A program made the translations under genes and the position numbers. The notes below the pieces were generated by a model that saw nothing but the letters and a program-made list of their open reading frames with translations, was not told the origin of the DNA and ran no database searches. This document shows, piece by piece, positions 1-12,872 of a stretch of DNA of 64,000 nucleotides (position 1 is its first letter; every line of letters starts with the position of its first letter). This DNA is from Geosiphon pyriformis uo1 (lineage: Eukaryota > Fungi > Glomeromycota): assembly GCA_016748015.1 (NCBI GenBank), contig JAAOMT010000439.1:207527-271526 (forward strand), written 5' to 3'.

Positions 1-1974
1 TTTTCAAAAGTCTTATTGTGTTACATATACTAATTCGACAAGGCTCGGGAGAAAATGTGCTTCGCTTTCTGTTGAGAGAACCAAGTATTACCAACGTCTC
101 TAAATTCAAAGATAAGTCGGGCTCACATCGTCTGTATCCAATTTATTAATCTGTCTTGGATAAAGAACGTTAAACTCATTTTTTCTATTTTCAATACTTT
201 GGGAAATGACACTAAAATTTCTGGATTAAAAGATATCGAACAGACAAAAAATATCCACGCGTATGCTGGGTACATTGAAGAAAAGATTTCTTCATATCAT
301 GACCTAAAAGTTGATTTCGTTGAAACCTACTCTCAATCTGCTGTGTCCGGGCGCCTGAGAAAGCTTACAGTAGCCAAAGGACTTTTGCGTGAAGTAAAAA
401 TACTACAGCGACAATTAGGGACACTACTGAAGTGCAAGGTAAAATCAGATATTCTCTTAAAAGACATCTTATAATGTACTCCTCAAAAATAACTGAATTT
501 AATATTGGTTTCAGTTCTTTTTGGACGAGGTTGATAATGAAGTTACCTTGACTGCTTTTAGGTTACTTGTAAGCGACCTATTGGCTCTTTTTAAAGCAGT
601 TAATGAAGGCGTTATCAATGTTTTGGGTCGGTAGGTCATAACCACAATCAAGTCTTAGTCATTAAATATTTGAAAAATTTTCATCTTAAGAATTCTTAAT
701 CATTATATTTAGAGCAATATTGTGAAATGTCGCTGATTGATGCAAAAGATGCATTGGAAATTTACAGGACATTTGTAAAACAAACCGAAGGTGTAGTAGA
801 TTATCTAAGTGTTGCTAAAAAATTAGAAGCTGCGCTTAGAATGCCTATTCCAAATCTTAAACATGTAAGTATCCCAATTTTCTACTACATCAACATTTGA
901 AATTATTAAAAAACTTGGTAATAATTGATATCACTGGCTTAAATAGGCGCCTGTGTCTATGACAGTTTTTCTTGAAGAATACGTTAATGATCCTGATTTT
1001 GAAAAGAATCGACAAGAGTATAAACTCTCAAAAACTTCCTCCCCTCCGAGTCCAAAGTCTCAAAAGACCTTAACCAAATCTAAAGAAATAGCCAAAACTG
1101 AAGGTAGCTCAGAAATTGGGAGCAAACATAAAGAGGAGTTTGCTCTAACTGATACTACCAAAAATAGTAGGTTCTATTAGTTTATCTTTTCTGGAACCTA
1201 TTATTTCTTCTCAACTAATTTCAAACATTTTTAGACGTAATATTTGAGGCCTCCAAGCCTGAATCAAAAGAAAAGGATTTCATAGATTTATTTTCACGCA
1301 TTGAACAAGAACAAACTTTGCTATTCGGAAATCAATCTCTGACAGGAGTTTATGGACCAAGTACCACTAATCCATTTTTGGTGTTGCAGCAGCAGCAGCA
1401 GCAGCAGATAAGTCAAGAGAATACTGTACAGCAATTGAGCCAATTGACATTACAGGAATTGGGATTCCAATCCCAAATTCAACATGCTCATGATACCAAT
1501 CCTTTTCGGGCTTCAATGCTTATGCAAGCCTCTTCATCTTCATTGACTGGAAACGCGATACTTTCTTTCCCACAACAACAATCAAGTTATAACTCATTCC
1601 AAGCACAACAAATTTCAGCCTTATCACCACAGCCAGTAGCATCCACCAATCCATTTTTGACGATGAATAGCCCAATCGATGCCATGCAATTTGATTCACA
1701 ATCTTTATCCACTGGTCTCCAATCAACCACAACTTCACTTGAACATCACTTTCCCACGTCAGATAGCAATCCTTTCAGACGTCTCACTCGGTCGGCTACT
1801 TTTGACTTGTCACAACAGCAGGATCCCACCTTTCCTAGCTCCTCATCATCTTTTCCGACCAATAATAACTCACAGACTACACCATATCAACCCTTTCACG
1901 CAAATACAATGCCTCTTCCATTACAGCATCAGCACCAGCGACATTCTGCCTCGAATTTGTTCAGAGAGTTTTAA
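1..1974 (+). CDS. YAP1801: ANTH-domain clathrin adaptor (AP180/Yap1801-like), multi-exon, 5' end outside window
   Basis: Spliced exons read AYAGYIEEKI..KGLLREVKILQRQLGTLLKCK / FFLDEVDNEVTLTAFRLLVSDLLALFKAVNEGVINVL / EQYCEMSLIDAKDALEIYRTFVKQTEGVVDYL..IPNLKH / APVSMTVFLEEYVNDPDFE, typical of fungal ANTH domains. The Q-rich tail has four NPF motifs. Stop at 1974. Confidence 0.9.
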
Positions 1975-2440
1975 TTTCCTGGGTGTTATTTGGTATTCTA
2001 CGATAATATTTGAATCACTAAGACCAAATATATATTTAATTATAATTCTCGCCCCTTTTTTTGATGTCAACTTTAATTAAAAAATTTGTCAAGATGAATG
2101 GTGAGAAAAAGACTATTGGTTTTTTAGGTTGTATAGTTTAACCTGTGTTTAATTTAATGGGTACTGTAAAAACATCAGTGAATAGAATCACACCGTAATT
2201 AAGTGTCGCATATTAGCGTTGCAGGAGCCTTTTCTTAACTAGAATTTGAAGAGCACCTATAAACCAACATATAGATTCAGTCTTTATAATATAATACCTG
2301 GGCTAAATCGATATTACTATCAAATATGAAAGGCTCCAATATTTAAGATTAAAATCAGTTATCTAAGATTTCTCACAACGCTTGGTGAATTTCTATCCTC
2401 AACTTTGTCGAAATCTTTTGATCAGCGTCTCATTAATATT

Positions 2441-5087
2441 ATGAGTCTCGGGGTAAACTTCAATACGTACTCAAAAGAACTTAGATCTACTTACCAAGCT
2501 GTGCTAAACGGTGACGAAAATACTGACTGGGCTTTATACGGTTATGATAAAGCAACAAATGACTTGAAGGTTTTGGAGAGTGGTGGTGAGTCCCCGAGCA
2601 AGATTCTACATTTGAAGCTAGAAAGCTGAATAATCGCTCTTTACTAATACCAACTCGTTTCTATTAAATCTGTACGCAAATTCAGGTGGTGGTTTGGAAG
2701 AACTCGAGGAGGAATTCAACGACGGAAAGATACAGTACGCGTTTGTTCGCGTGAAAGACCCAAACACGGGACTTCCAAAATTTATTCTTATTGGTTGGGT
2801 AAGATAACTTCAATAGTAACACGTTTAGTTGTTTTCAATGAATGAATCAATACAATAATAATTTCGAAAAGTCCTGAAATGCTAATCGCATATCAGTGCG
2901 GCGAAGGTGTTCCTGAAGCGAAAAAAGGATTGTTCAACTCGCATTTTAATGAAGTTGCAAACTTTCTGAAGGTATTTAACCTTTTAGATAATATCTAGTT
3001 GATGCCTATCGTATATTACGCTGATTTTCTAAAATGGTCCTTAATAACATTCTTCATAAAGGGCTACCATCTCCAAATCAATGCCCGATCTGAGGCATGT
3101 ACTAGTTGATAGTATTTCCAAAAATAAAACTCCTTGTAAATATTTTGTGTTTTTAAAAATTTTTAGACAGATGTTGAACCGTCATATATAATGAAACGAA
3201 TTAACGAGAGTAGTGGTTCAAAATATTCAATTCACAAAGAGGCCCCTGTGAAAGCAGAGCCTGTTCTTCCAGTGGTAAGATGAATCTGAAATATTCAAAA
3301 TCTTTCCTTGAACTACTGTTAGTTTAAAATATTATACGCTTTTTTTCTTTTTTGGTCAGCGCTCAGTATATCAGCCTGTGAAAATACCGGATATTGCAGC
3401 GATGCAACGCAGCGCTGCTGCCGAAGATCGAATAAAATCTGTGGTGAATGATTGTCCAAATTTCTCTTTGGCAATTACTTTTAAAATAATCAAATTACAA
3501 CGGTTTTTCTTAAATTCAAAGAGTTCGGTCTATCAACGCACACAGCTCCCAAGTCCGAAGCCTCTGGGAACTCGCTCTACTTGGACTAAACAACCAGATG
3601 TAGGTTCACCCTCACCGGCAGAAATACGTGCTCAACGTGAATATGAGGAAACACAGAGAGAGGAAGAGCAAGCTGCAAAGGCAAAAGAAAGGATTCGATC
3701 AGAAGAACAAAGGCTCTCACGTGAACGAGAGAAAGAGCGTAAACAAGCCGAGGAAGAAGAGCGTCAACGAGAAGAAGAGAGACTACAAGCGGAAGAACGA
3801 GAAAGAATAGAATTGGAGTCCCGAAAGCAAAGAGAAGCTGAAGAAACAAAGAAAAAAACCCAAGAATCACGTGAAAGAGAAGAAGCACAAATATTAGAGT
3901 TAGAGCGTGCGCAAGAAGCTGAACGTCAACGCGAGGTTTTTCTGCATTTTTTATCTGACTTTTTCTGTGTTTAGATTTTTTATTGCTTTTACTTTATAAA
4001 TTACTTTCACTCTATAAATTACTTTCTTTAAAATCTAGGAAGAAGAAATTCGTGCGGCTGAAAAAAATCTCGCCGAGGTAATAGTTCTTTTTCCATGTTT
4101 ATCCTGAACTATTTTCTAATCAAATTAGATCAGTAGACTGCAGAACTAGCAGCAGAGACAGCACTCTTAGTCGCTGCTGATGCGATTGTTGGTAATTCTG
4201 CTGAGACTCTGACCGCTGTTGTTTTATATCCTTATGATGCTGGTAAGTGTCTTCCATTATTTCTGTAGATAAAGATTGTTTAATCATCTTACAAACTCGA
4301 GAATCTAATGAAATTATTATTAATAGCCGAAGATAATGAAATGTCTTTGGTCGAAGGAGAGGTTGTTACCAATATCATTCAAGTTGATGAAGGATGGTGG
4401 CAAGGTGTTGGGGAAGATGGTATAAAGTCCGGATTATTTCCTGGTAATTCAAATTCTGTGGTGTAAAACAGACTCTTTCATTTGACTGGCTTTGTGTTTG
4501 AAATTTAATTTCAAGATCTTACTCTTTTTGGTAGCAAACTATGTCGAGTTAATAGCTGATCCACAACAGGTATTCGATTTATATTTTGAATTAGACCTCG
4601 ACTAATCTATTTGGTAATTTACTGACTGTATAACATTTTAATGACTAACAGATCTCAAAGGAAGAACTTGTAATTTCACGCTTTCCGAGCTCTCATCCTT
4701 CAAAATTTTTGAAAACGAACTCAAATAATTCTTTAAAATAGATGCCTAAAAATCCTCATGAGCTTGAACTCAAATCCGAACTTGAACCCGAACCCGAACC
4801 CGATGAAGAGCCTGAACAGGAATCTGAGCCACTTGATACTAATCAAATGACTGTAGTCGCACTTTATGAATACGAAGCAGCGGAGGATAATGAAATATCT
4901 TTTGTTGAAGGGGAAATAATCACTAACATTGAATATGTTTCCGAGGATTGGTGGAAAGGTGTTAACTCAGAAGGGGCTGTTGGACTCTTTCCTGGTAGAT
5001 AATTATATTTTATCGTGCCGTGTTCCTTGTTTGATATTTTTACACTAACAAATTTTGATTATAGCGAATTATGTTGAACAAAGATGA
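2441..5087 (+). CDS. ABP1: Actin-binding protein Abp1/drebrin-like (ADF-H domain, charged coiled coil, two SH3 domains), many exons
   Basis: ADF-H: [59 protein letters not shown]3-1: [46 protein letters not shown]3-2: [38 protein letters not shown] at 5085-5087. Confidence 0.92.
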
Positions 5088-5740
5088 TATCAATTTTGAT
5101 TGGCTTTAAACGGTTATTTCATATGGCTTGTGCACGCTTTAATGTAGATTTGGTCTTTCACCCAACCATCTATTAAGTAGCAGATTTTCCTAAAATTTCC
5201 ATCTGAACATAGCAAAGACATAATTTAACTATAATATCACCCTTGTTAACTACAATATTAATTTATTCTTTAAAGTGGTTATTCAAGAGGCAAATTTAGC
5301 CGCGAAAATTGTAAAAATATCATTTTATTAAATACAAAGCATATAAATGTATAACTACAATAAAAGGATGGATGGCGTCATGCAGTTTACCAATGACGAT
5401 TGGAGGTTTTAAAAAGTTTAAGCAATAACTAGGGAGGGTATTATTAAAGCTAAGTTTAGTACAAGAAAATCAAAGATTAAAAAGATACAGAAATTTTCTA
5501 ATTTAGATCTCATGTTTCACAAGCAGGGACTATCATCATCCAAGAACAAGCGATTGCCGACATGTGTACACACTACATCGACATTGATACATTATATTCA
5601 ATGTTGGTGATGTGCAGCCGGTAATATATAAGTTACAATATAAAATGGAAATATGGAGGCAGGGTTGAGAGGGAAGCAATTAGACCTGGTAAAATCGAAA
5701 ATGATGTGGACGAATCTCGGAGCGAGGGGATGTGGTCAGA

Positions 5741-6613
5741 TCAGTCTTTTTTACTCTTGACAACAATCGGTACTGATATTGAAAAATTCCAGTTAAGCTT
5801 TAACGCGGTTAATAGTGGAAATTGATTTTCACTGATCCTACTTACCAATAATGACGGTTGCCAAAATAAGTATCACTATTGTGAGAATAATCTTCATTTT
5901 CATATCCTTCCACCACATTTGCTTGCGGACTCTGTTGGCGCCACGACGAAACCCTTGAGCCGATTGATGAAGATTTTCTGTGGAATATTAGAGAAACAGA
6001 AGGAAAATATGCGGAAATTAATTTGAAATTGATGAAATTTAAGTTCTTGTCAATTACATATTTGTTAATGAACTTCTTATGATCGGTAAAGACAAGTAAC
6101 TCAACTAATTTAGTCATAGCTTACCAGTTTTATCTTGCAATACATCAAGCCTCTCGCCTCGTTCAGCGACACGGTTAATATTATCACGCATGATACCCAC
6201 AGTTTCGTCAATTTTCTGCTGGATTACTTGGGTCTTAGCGGCCCCAGGTTCACCAGAAGGAGCTCCGTTCCTTGGAATATGAGGGTCATATGGATCAGAC
6301 CTGTTTTATGGAATGGTTTGAGGAAACCAAAGAAGTGAAAAGGAACAAGTATTTGGGGTTGAATGTTGGTCTTATGAAGTAAGCTTAAATAAAAAGGAGA
6401 CTAAAGTCATGCAGATCGAATCCGGCTTAGTTATTCAACAAAAGGAACGTACGTGCCAGTAAATTCACAACACATAAAAGTTTACATCTACTTCACAAAA
6501 CCAACTTGTCATTAGCAGTTCTCACTTTCACGAGACCTATGAAGTCGCCCCAGTAACAGGAGTAAGCCATTAGTGAACCCATACCCCACCTCTCACTTTT
6601 ATTATACGTACAT
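5741..6613 (-). CDS. SNC1: Synaptobrevin/VAMP v-SNARE (Snc1/Snc2-like); not in ORF track
   Basis: Manual translation of minus-strand exons (6300-6127, ~5978-5847, 5772-5741): [112 protein letters not shown]. This is an R-SNARE motif plus TM anchor. The start codon is inferred to be split AT|G (6613-6612 joined to 6300). Confidence 0.93.
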
Positions 6614-6964
6614 TTTTGAATTGTTGGTATTAATTTGAGAAATTGGTAAAAAACCTGCTCTAGGATGCGATTTCTGTGTGGCAAGGAAAAGAAGTGAGAA
6701 ATTTTCAAGTCGACAGCACAACTGAAGTGGTCCTTTTAAATAATAGAAATAGGTTTTGGATTGATAGAATACCCAGTTTTTATTTCTGACTAATAGCTTT
6801 ATTGTGATTCCGATTTCTAATCCGGCCATTTATCTTGGCACAATACAAATCTAGGCAACCATATGACATTCAATATAATTGATATCACTATCTATAGGCA
6901 TATCCGGAAAATCTTGAATATTTAAGATAAACAAGAAAACTACAAATTTCGGAAATTTGAAAAA

Positions 6965-8145
6965 TCAAATATGCTTTATTTCGGATTGCCATAAACCCCG
7001 ATATTTTTGAAACTGCTCAGCTTCTACCGATTGATTTCGCAACTTATAAGCTTTGGTCAACATATTAGCAGCCTCGAAACAAGCCATTAATCTTTCTTTT
7101 CGATCATCATCAATCTCTCGCTGTTCGACTATTCGTATGTCTTCTTTTTCTAAAAGATTAATTAGTTCTTTTGCTGTAATGTCAGCTCGCGCCCAAGCTA
7201 CCTTAGAGTCGACTTTCATTGCGGCCAGAATCAATATAGCAAATGAATGTGGATCAAATTGTGACACATTATAATATGTCATGAGACCAAAGCATTTATA
7301 GACCTCATCCAAAGCCATCATATCTCGATTCCTTTCTTCAGCCAAGATCGGAACTTTTCCATCTACAATATTTTCTTTGGCAGAGGGTAGATTTTTCATC
7401 TTTTGTTTTATTTTCCTGCGACGTCCAATCCTATCCGAAAACGCTTTCATTAAAGTTCTAAATTCTCTATGAAGCGGGAACTGAGCATATTTTTGGCGGT
7501 CGGCTAACACCTTGAAGGCGGTTTCTTCAGCGTGGAACTTTACACATTGTTGAACTAAATATTGAGTAGTGAAGTGGTCCATGGGTAATCCTTTTTTCCG
7601 CCACCTCGAAATGATTGATGGCATTTGTTGCGCTTGGTTCTGATCTTGTATTAGTGCTATTAAACGTTGTAGTTTCCATCGATGAGGAACTGAATGTATC
7701 TGACTGAGACTTGTTTTCTTGATTATATCATCGGCCATATCTTTAAAACTGAAATATATACTTTCTTGGATTTCTTTAGGTTCTTCGATGACGGGTCCTA
7801 TGACTATTTCAGGGGAGAAAAGATCTTCATCCTCGGAGTCTGTCTCATCGTCATCATCATCGTCATCATCATCGTCTATTTTTACCTGTTTGATCGGCGG
7901 TTTCTTGGGGCCTTTTTTTGCTATTGATAAACCATTAAAAGTTTTTGATGGATTAAATATTCAATATAACAAATAAAGATAGTTTGGAAGGTAAATTTAC
8001 CGTAAAAAGGCCTGGTACTGTGATATTCTCGAAAATTTACAGCAACTGATATGGAATCATATTGGTATAGTGGAAATAAACCACGTGATAATAATATAAT
8101 AAGCCCTGTGCAAAGAATGACAAACCACCTTTTGATCAATTTCAC
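6965..8145 (-). CDS. Uncharacterised, probably mitochondrial, helical (PPR-like) protein; true start uncertain (possibly ATG 8387)
   Basis: The 257-aa ORF extends upstream through an acidic tract to an acceptor at 7921. Intron 8000-7921 joins it to an exon ending REYHSTRPFYA, which resembles a mitochondrial presequence end. The PPR-like call is inference. Confidence 0.65.
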
Positions 8146-8519
8146 TTTTTGGTTGACAAGCGCCTATCGCGTTATTTGAATTGGAAAACGAAGACGTTTT
8201 ATGTATTGAAAACTTTCAAAAAAACACTCAACAGTTCTAAAACCACACTTTGATACTGACCTTTTTTGTCTGATAATGGCTGGTAAAATTCTTTCTTTCT
8301 GCCCCAACTATTTTTCAAAGGAATTTTGAACCTACAAGCAACCTGTACAAAGGGGACAATACAAGAAAAAGTCTTTTGTGAAAACATGAGTGCACGACTG
8401 AAAGCAAAAAAATTTGGATCCGAAATATGGATCATATTATCATCACATGCTTTGAAAAGCAGTGACCAATAAAATAGCTTTAATTTGATGTTTAAAAAAA
8501 TCATATAAAGTTTAAATAT

Positions 8520-9500
8520 TTAAAATAATAAAAATAATAGTTGTTTTGCTCAAAACTTTTATATATTGTTAAAATTAAACCACTTTTCAATATTAAAATT
8601 GTATTCTTATAAAGTGTTAATAAAAATTTTAAATTAATCTAAAATAAAATTAAACAAAAAATTTAGCACTAAATTAGTTAAAAAAAACATTATTATTAAA
8701 ATATTTTATTTATTTTCAAAATGTTAGGTATAAATAAAATAATTACTTTTTATTTAAGTATTATTAAAAAATTTTGCAATATTTAAATATTATTTTTTAA
8801 TAACTTAATTATTAATAATATTTGTTATATTATTAATAATTATATTGTTTACAAATTTTTTAATTATAAACAAAAAAGTTTTAAAAGTTTTTAAACTGTT
8901 TAAAATATTTAATTTGATAATATTTAACTTAATTTTAACAAAATTAATAACAAATTAATTAATTTTAAAGTTATTAATTTAAAATAAAAAATTCAAAATA
9001 ATTTTTAATAAATTATATTTATTTTAAGCATTATAATCTTTAAACTTTTTTGAAAAATGTATATTTATATATATATTTTTAAATAATAATATTTTAAATT
9101 TTAATTGTTTAATAAAATAAAATTCAAATGCTGTTTATTTTTATAAATTTATATTAAATCCAATTATATTTGAATTAAATATAACCAACTATTTAAATAA
9201 AATTATTATTTAATACAAATAATTTAAATTTTTCTTATTTTTTCTTTTTTAATAATTTTAATAATTTTAATGATTTTAAATATAATAGATAAGTTATAAT
9301 AAATTCTCAAAAATCAGGTATATATTTTATTTTTAAATTTATTTTATCATTTATTATTTTTAGTTATAACAATTTAATAATATATAAAAATATTATATAT
9401 ATATTTTTTTTTATTAATTTATTTTAAATTTTGTATTAATTATACAATATAATTAATCCATTAATAGTTTCATTTATTATTTATTAAAATATAATTTTTT
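8520..9500. other. Extremely AT-rich non-coding island
   Basis: Almost devoid of G/C, no ORFs, sharp boundaries against genic sequence. Confidence 0.8.
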
Positions 9501-9949
9501 ATAATGGTTGGACTACACTAATTAAGACATTTAAAAAAAAATAATGTTTCTATGCTACTATCAAACTCTGTTCATAGAATCTCTTTTATTAAAAGAATCT
9601 CAGCAGTGTTAGCGAAGCAAAGAAAATTATAACTTTGCTATTACACCTCGTTCTTATTATCTATACAAATTGGACTGTTTAACGATAATATAGATTATAA
9701 GAGGTGATTTGATCATTGTTTCAATTTATAAATGATGAAATGTTATTACTCATATGCTTTTAATTTGAAAAAAAGTGGGATTAAATTTTTAAAATTAAAA
9801 TCAATCTAGTTGATAAAGGAATAAGGCCATTATTTCAGAACATAGTTGTTTATAAGTAGTAACGGTTTTGCCAAAAAAATGAATTCATAATACGAATTTA
9901 AACGAAATTTACTTTTAGAAAATCAAAAATACCCTTTCAAAAAAGCTTA

Positions 9950-12481
9950 ATGAAATTAGAAACAATCTTAATTCGTTCAAATAGGTTTCCACGTCTATTT
10001 TCTAGTTTCCCCAGTTGCGTTCCATCTTTCTTTCGGTTGGTGCCGCAGAAGTTTGCAAGCAGCGCGTTTCGTTCTCGAATTTTTGCAAAAGGACTTGCAC
10101 CTGGACTTTATGCTTATAACTATAACCCAACTGGGGGAGAAACTTTAGCAGCAAATGCAAATACAACTACAGAGCTATTGCTACTTGGTCCAAGGAAATC
10201 GGCTAATTATTTCAATTACGCTCTCAAAAATACCTTTTTTACTTCGATCTTGCATATCCGAACAATTTCTCAAAGACAAATTCATGAAACTCTTAGCAAA
10301 AGACAGAACTATCCTAAAAATGTTCGGCTACGAAACCTGGTTCAATCTTCTATAACAAACCGTTTTCCTCCATCTTTAAAAATCACTGAACTATTATTCT
10401 CATCTAATTTAAGAGTTGCTTCAAGAACTCGTTCCGCAAACCTAGCTCAAATCACCAAAAACTTGTTCTTTGCACGTCGATTTAATCATTTTTCGAAGGA
10501 TTCCGAGAATTTGATTAGACGTCCAACTAGAGATGAATTACTTGCAAACTCGAAAGGTTTTTTTAATCGTCTCATGATCCGAATAAAGTTCTCGTTGATG
10601 AGACAAGTTCGTCCTTTTACAATGGATGATATTCTGGCAATGTTTTCTTGGGTGTTTGTGGGCAACACCTTGTTTATTTTGATCGGCACAACTTCTTTTT
10701 TTAGTATATTGTTGGCTACCGCTAATAGTCTCCAATTTCAAGGTAAACCCTTTTGATCATGCGAATTCTGGTTAGGTAGCTTTTAATTATGTATTTATAA
10801 TGTATATAATTGATTTGCGTCAAGAATTTATTGCAAGGCGCATTGGGAATTATCTTACCAAGGAGACCGGAATTACCATTGTCTTTGAGTCGGCCATTGT
10901 ACCCAATTGGAAAGATGGCAAGATTAGATTAAAGAATGTGAGTGTAAAAAGACATTCTGAAGCTGGGCAACAGTTTTCGAGTCATGCTGCAAACGCAGAA
11001 GGGGCGGATAAAAAAAGTAAAGTGAAAGACATCAATTTTACGATGTTTGATTTGACCATTAAAATGATTGATGTGGAATTATCTTTCATGAGATGGCTGG
11101 ATGGTAAGTGCTTTATTTTTGAGGACTGTATATATTGCCCACTAAATACATTAACTCAATGTAGCCTTCGGTTTGACGAATATAGGCAAAGGATTAGTCA
11201 AGACTGCAAGAGTAAAGGGCTTGCGTGGTATTGTGGGTTAGCATCCACTAGTATTTAGAATCTCTCGAGCATTTAATTTTAGATTATTAACGTATTATTC
11301 TATTAGATCGTCGAAATGTTTTTTGGGATCCTTCAGTTCCTTATATGGCCTCAGAATGGCGTAGACAACCACAACCTGATGATTTTGAGCTCGAATCCTT
11401 CCAATTGGAAGATTTATTAATCACAATCTATCAGCCTGACGGCTTCCGTCCTTATAATCTATCAATATTTTCTGCCGATCTCCCCCAACTTCGGAACCAA
11501 TGGCTCCTCTACGATCTTTTAAGCGCAGAAAATATTGTTGGTATGTTTGATAATTGTTTATTTAATGTTCATCGGACACAAATGCTGAAAGCCACTACTG
11601 AGGAAGATTTGAAGGAAGCTAAATTCAAAAAGCAGGTGCCGATTTTCATTATTCTTAATTCGATTTGATGGATTTGAAAGTTGTTTATTCTTCGAATTAA
11701 CACTTTATTATGACTACCTGCTCAAGTCTTGCTTTCAAATTCATGGTCTCAATATCGATCATTTAAATGCCGGAGTTCCTGGACCTTTTGGATGGATTAC
11801 TTCTGGGAATGTAGATATTCATGCCGAATTTATGTTCCCTCTCGAACCAAGTAACGACCCCATAATGAGAATCGTGAATGGCATTGTAGATAAAATTGAT
11901 GATGTAGTTGTTCAGCAACGCGTTTCGTCAATTGTACGTCGACACGGAGGTGTTATTGAGTGCGAAGCTCAAAACAAGGACGACGCGACTCATTCATCTC
12001 CTGTATTAATCATGTCCTTTGAGATGCGATTTCATAATATTAAAGCAAGTGTGCCACTTTCGACCCCCGATCTCTCATATATGAATTCTGCCTTGATACG
12101 GCCCATTGTAGCCTATATGAATAATAACCGGACTGTTTTATCCTTAAGGGGTCAGGTTTCAAAGAGCTTGGTAAAAGAATTATTCGGTTTTGTTTTTTCC
12201 AAGTTCCAAGAATTCATGCTTGTTTTGATAAATTTTTATTTTGCTAGAACGAATTTTACGGTTCTTGGACTTTATATGATTGTAGTTTGGTCGAAAGCGT
12301 TTCAATAGAAGTTGGCAAAAAATTTGCTAATGTAACAATGAACGCCCAGAAGAGAAATAAACAATTGAAACGCGTCGGATGGTGGGGACTTCAATCAATG
12401 ACAAAAAATTTAGCTAATATATGGGATTATGCAACGGGGCAGCGAGGATTTTGGCATTACATTGGGACAACCCCAGTCTAA
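9950..12481 (+). CDS. MDM31: Mitochondrial distribution and morphology protein Mdm31/Mdm32, multi-exon
   Basis: Motifs IKFSLMRQVRPFTMDDILAMFSWVFVGN, GNYLTKETGITIVFESAIVPNWKDG, DFELESFQLEDLLITIYQPDGFRPYNLSIFSADLPQLRNQWLLYDLLSA, IDHLNAG..GPFGWITSG, ALIRPIVAYMN, KRVGWWGLQ. Confidence 0.93.
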
Positions 12482-12872
12482 AGTAGTTTCTTTTTGAAAG
12501 ATGGTTTTACATTTAATGAAAATACTGGCCTTAATACAGAGATAATTACCTTACCATTTATTCCGTAGGCACAATACGTAAAAAGGATTTCATCGAATAG
12601 GTCCAATTATCTTTACTCCTCGACGCCTTAAAAGGTCAATACTATCACATCTTTTCTGCTATTCTTGAACCACTCGTTTGTATTGCAAGTAGCTCGAGTT
12701 TCATTGCAAACGGATTCAATTCTTTCATTCGATTTCAGCATGGCTATGCTTTTAAATATTTAAATAATTTACAGGGCTTCAATGAAAAACATTTTAAACA
12801 AGAAGTCTCGAGGTTCCGTGTGTCAAGACATCTCTTTTCTTTAGACCAGTTCAAATCTTCAACACTTTTGCT

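Noticed and set aside
6486-6487. Possible 2-nt micro-exon (TAG|AT|GTAAAC) supplying the start codon
   Set aside because: The donor at 6611 has a better consensus and start context; kept only as an alternative.
5842-6829. ORF-track ORFs 5842-6117, 6135-6338, 6493-6708, 6602-6829
   Set aside because: Off-frame or antisense shadows of the spliced synaptobrevin gene and its upstream region.
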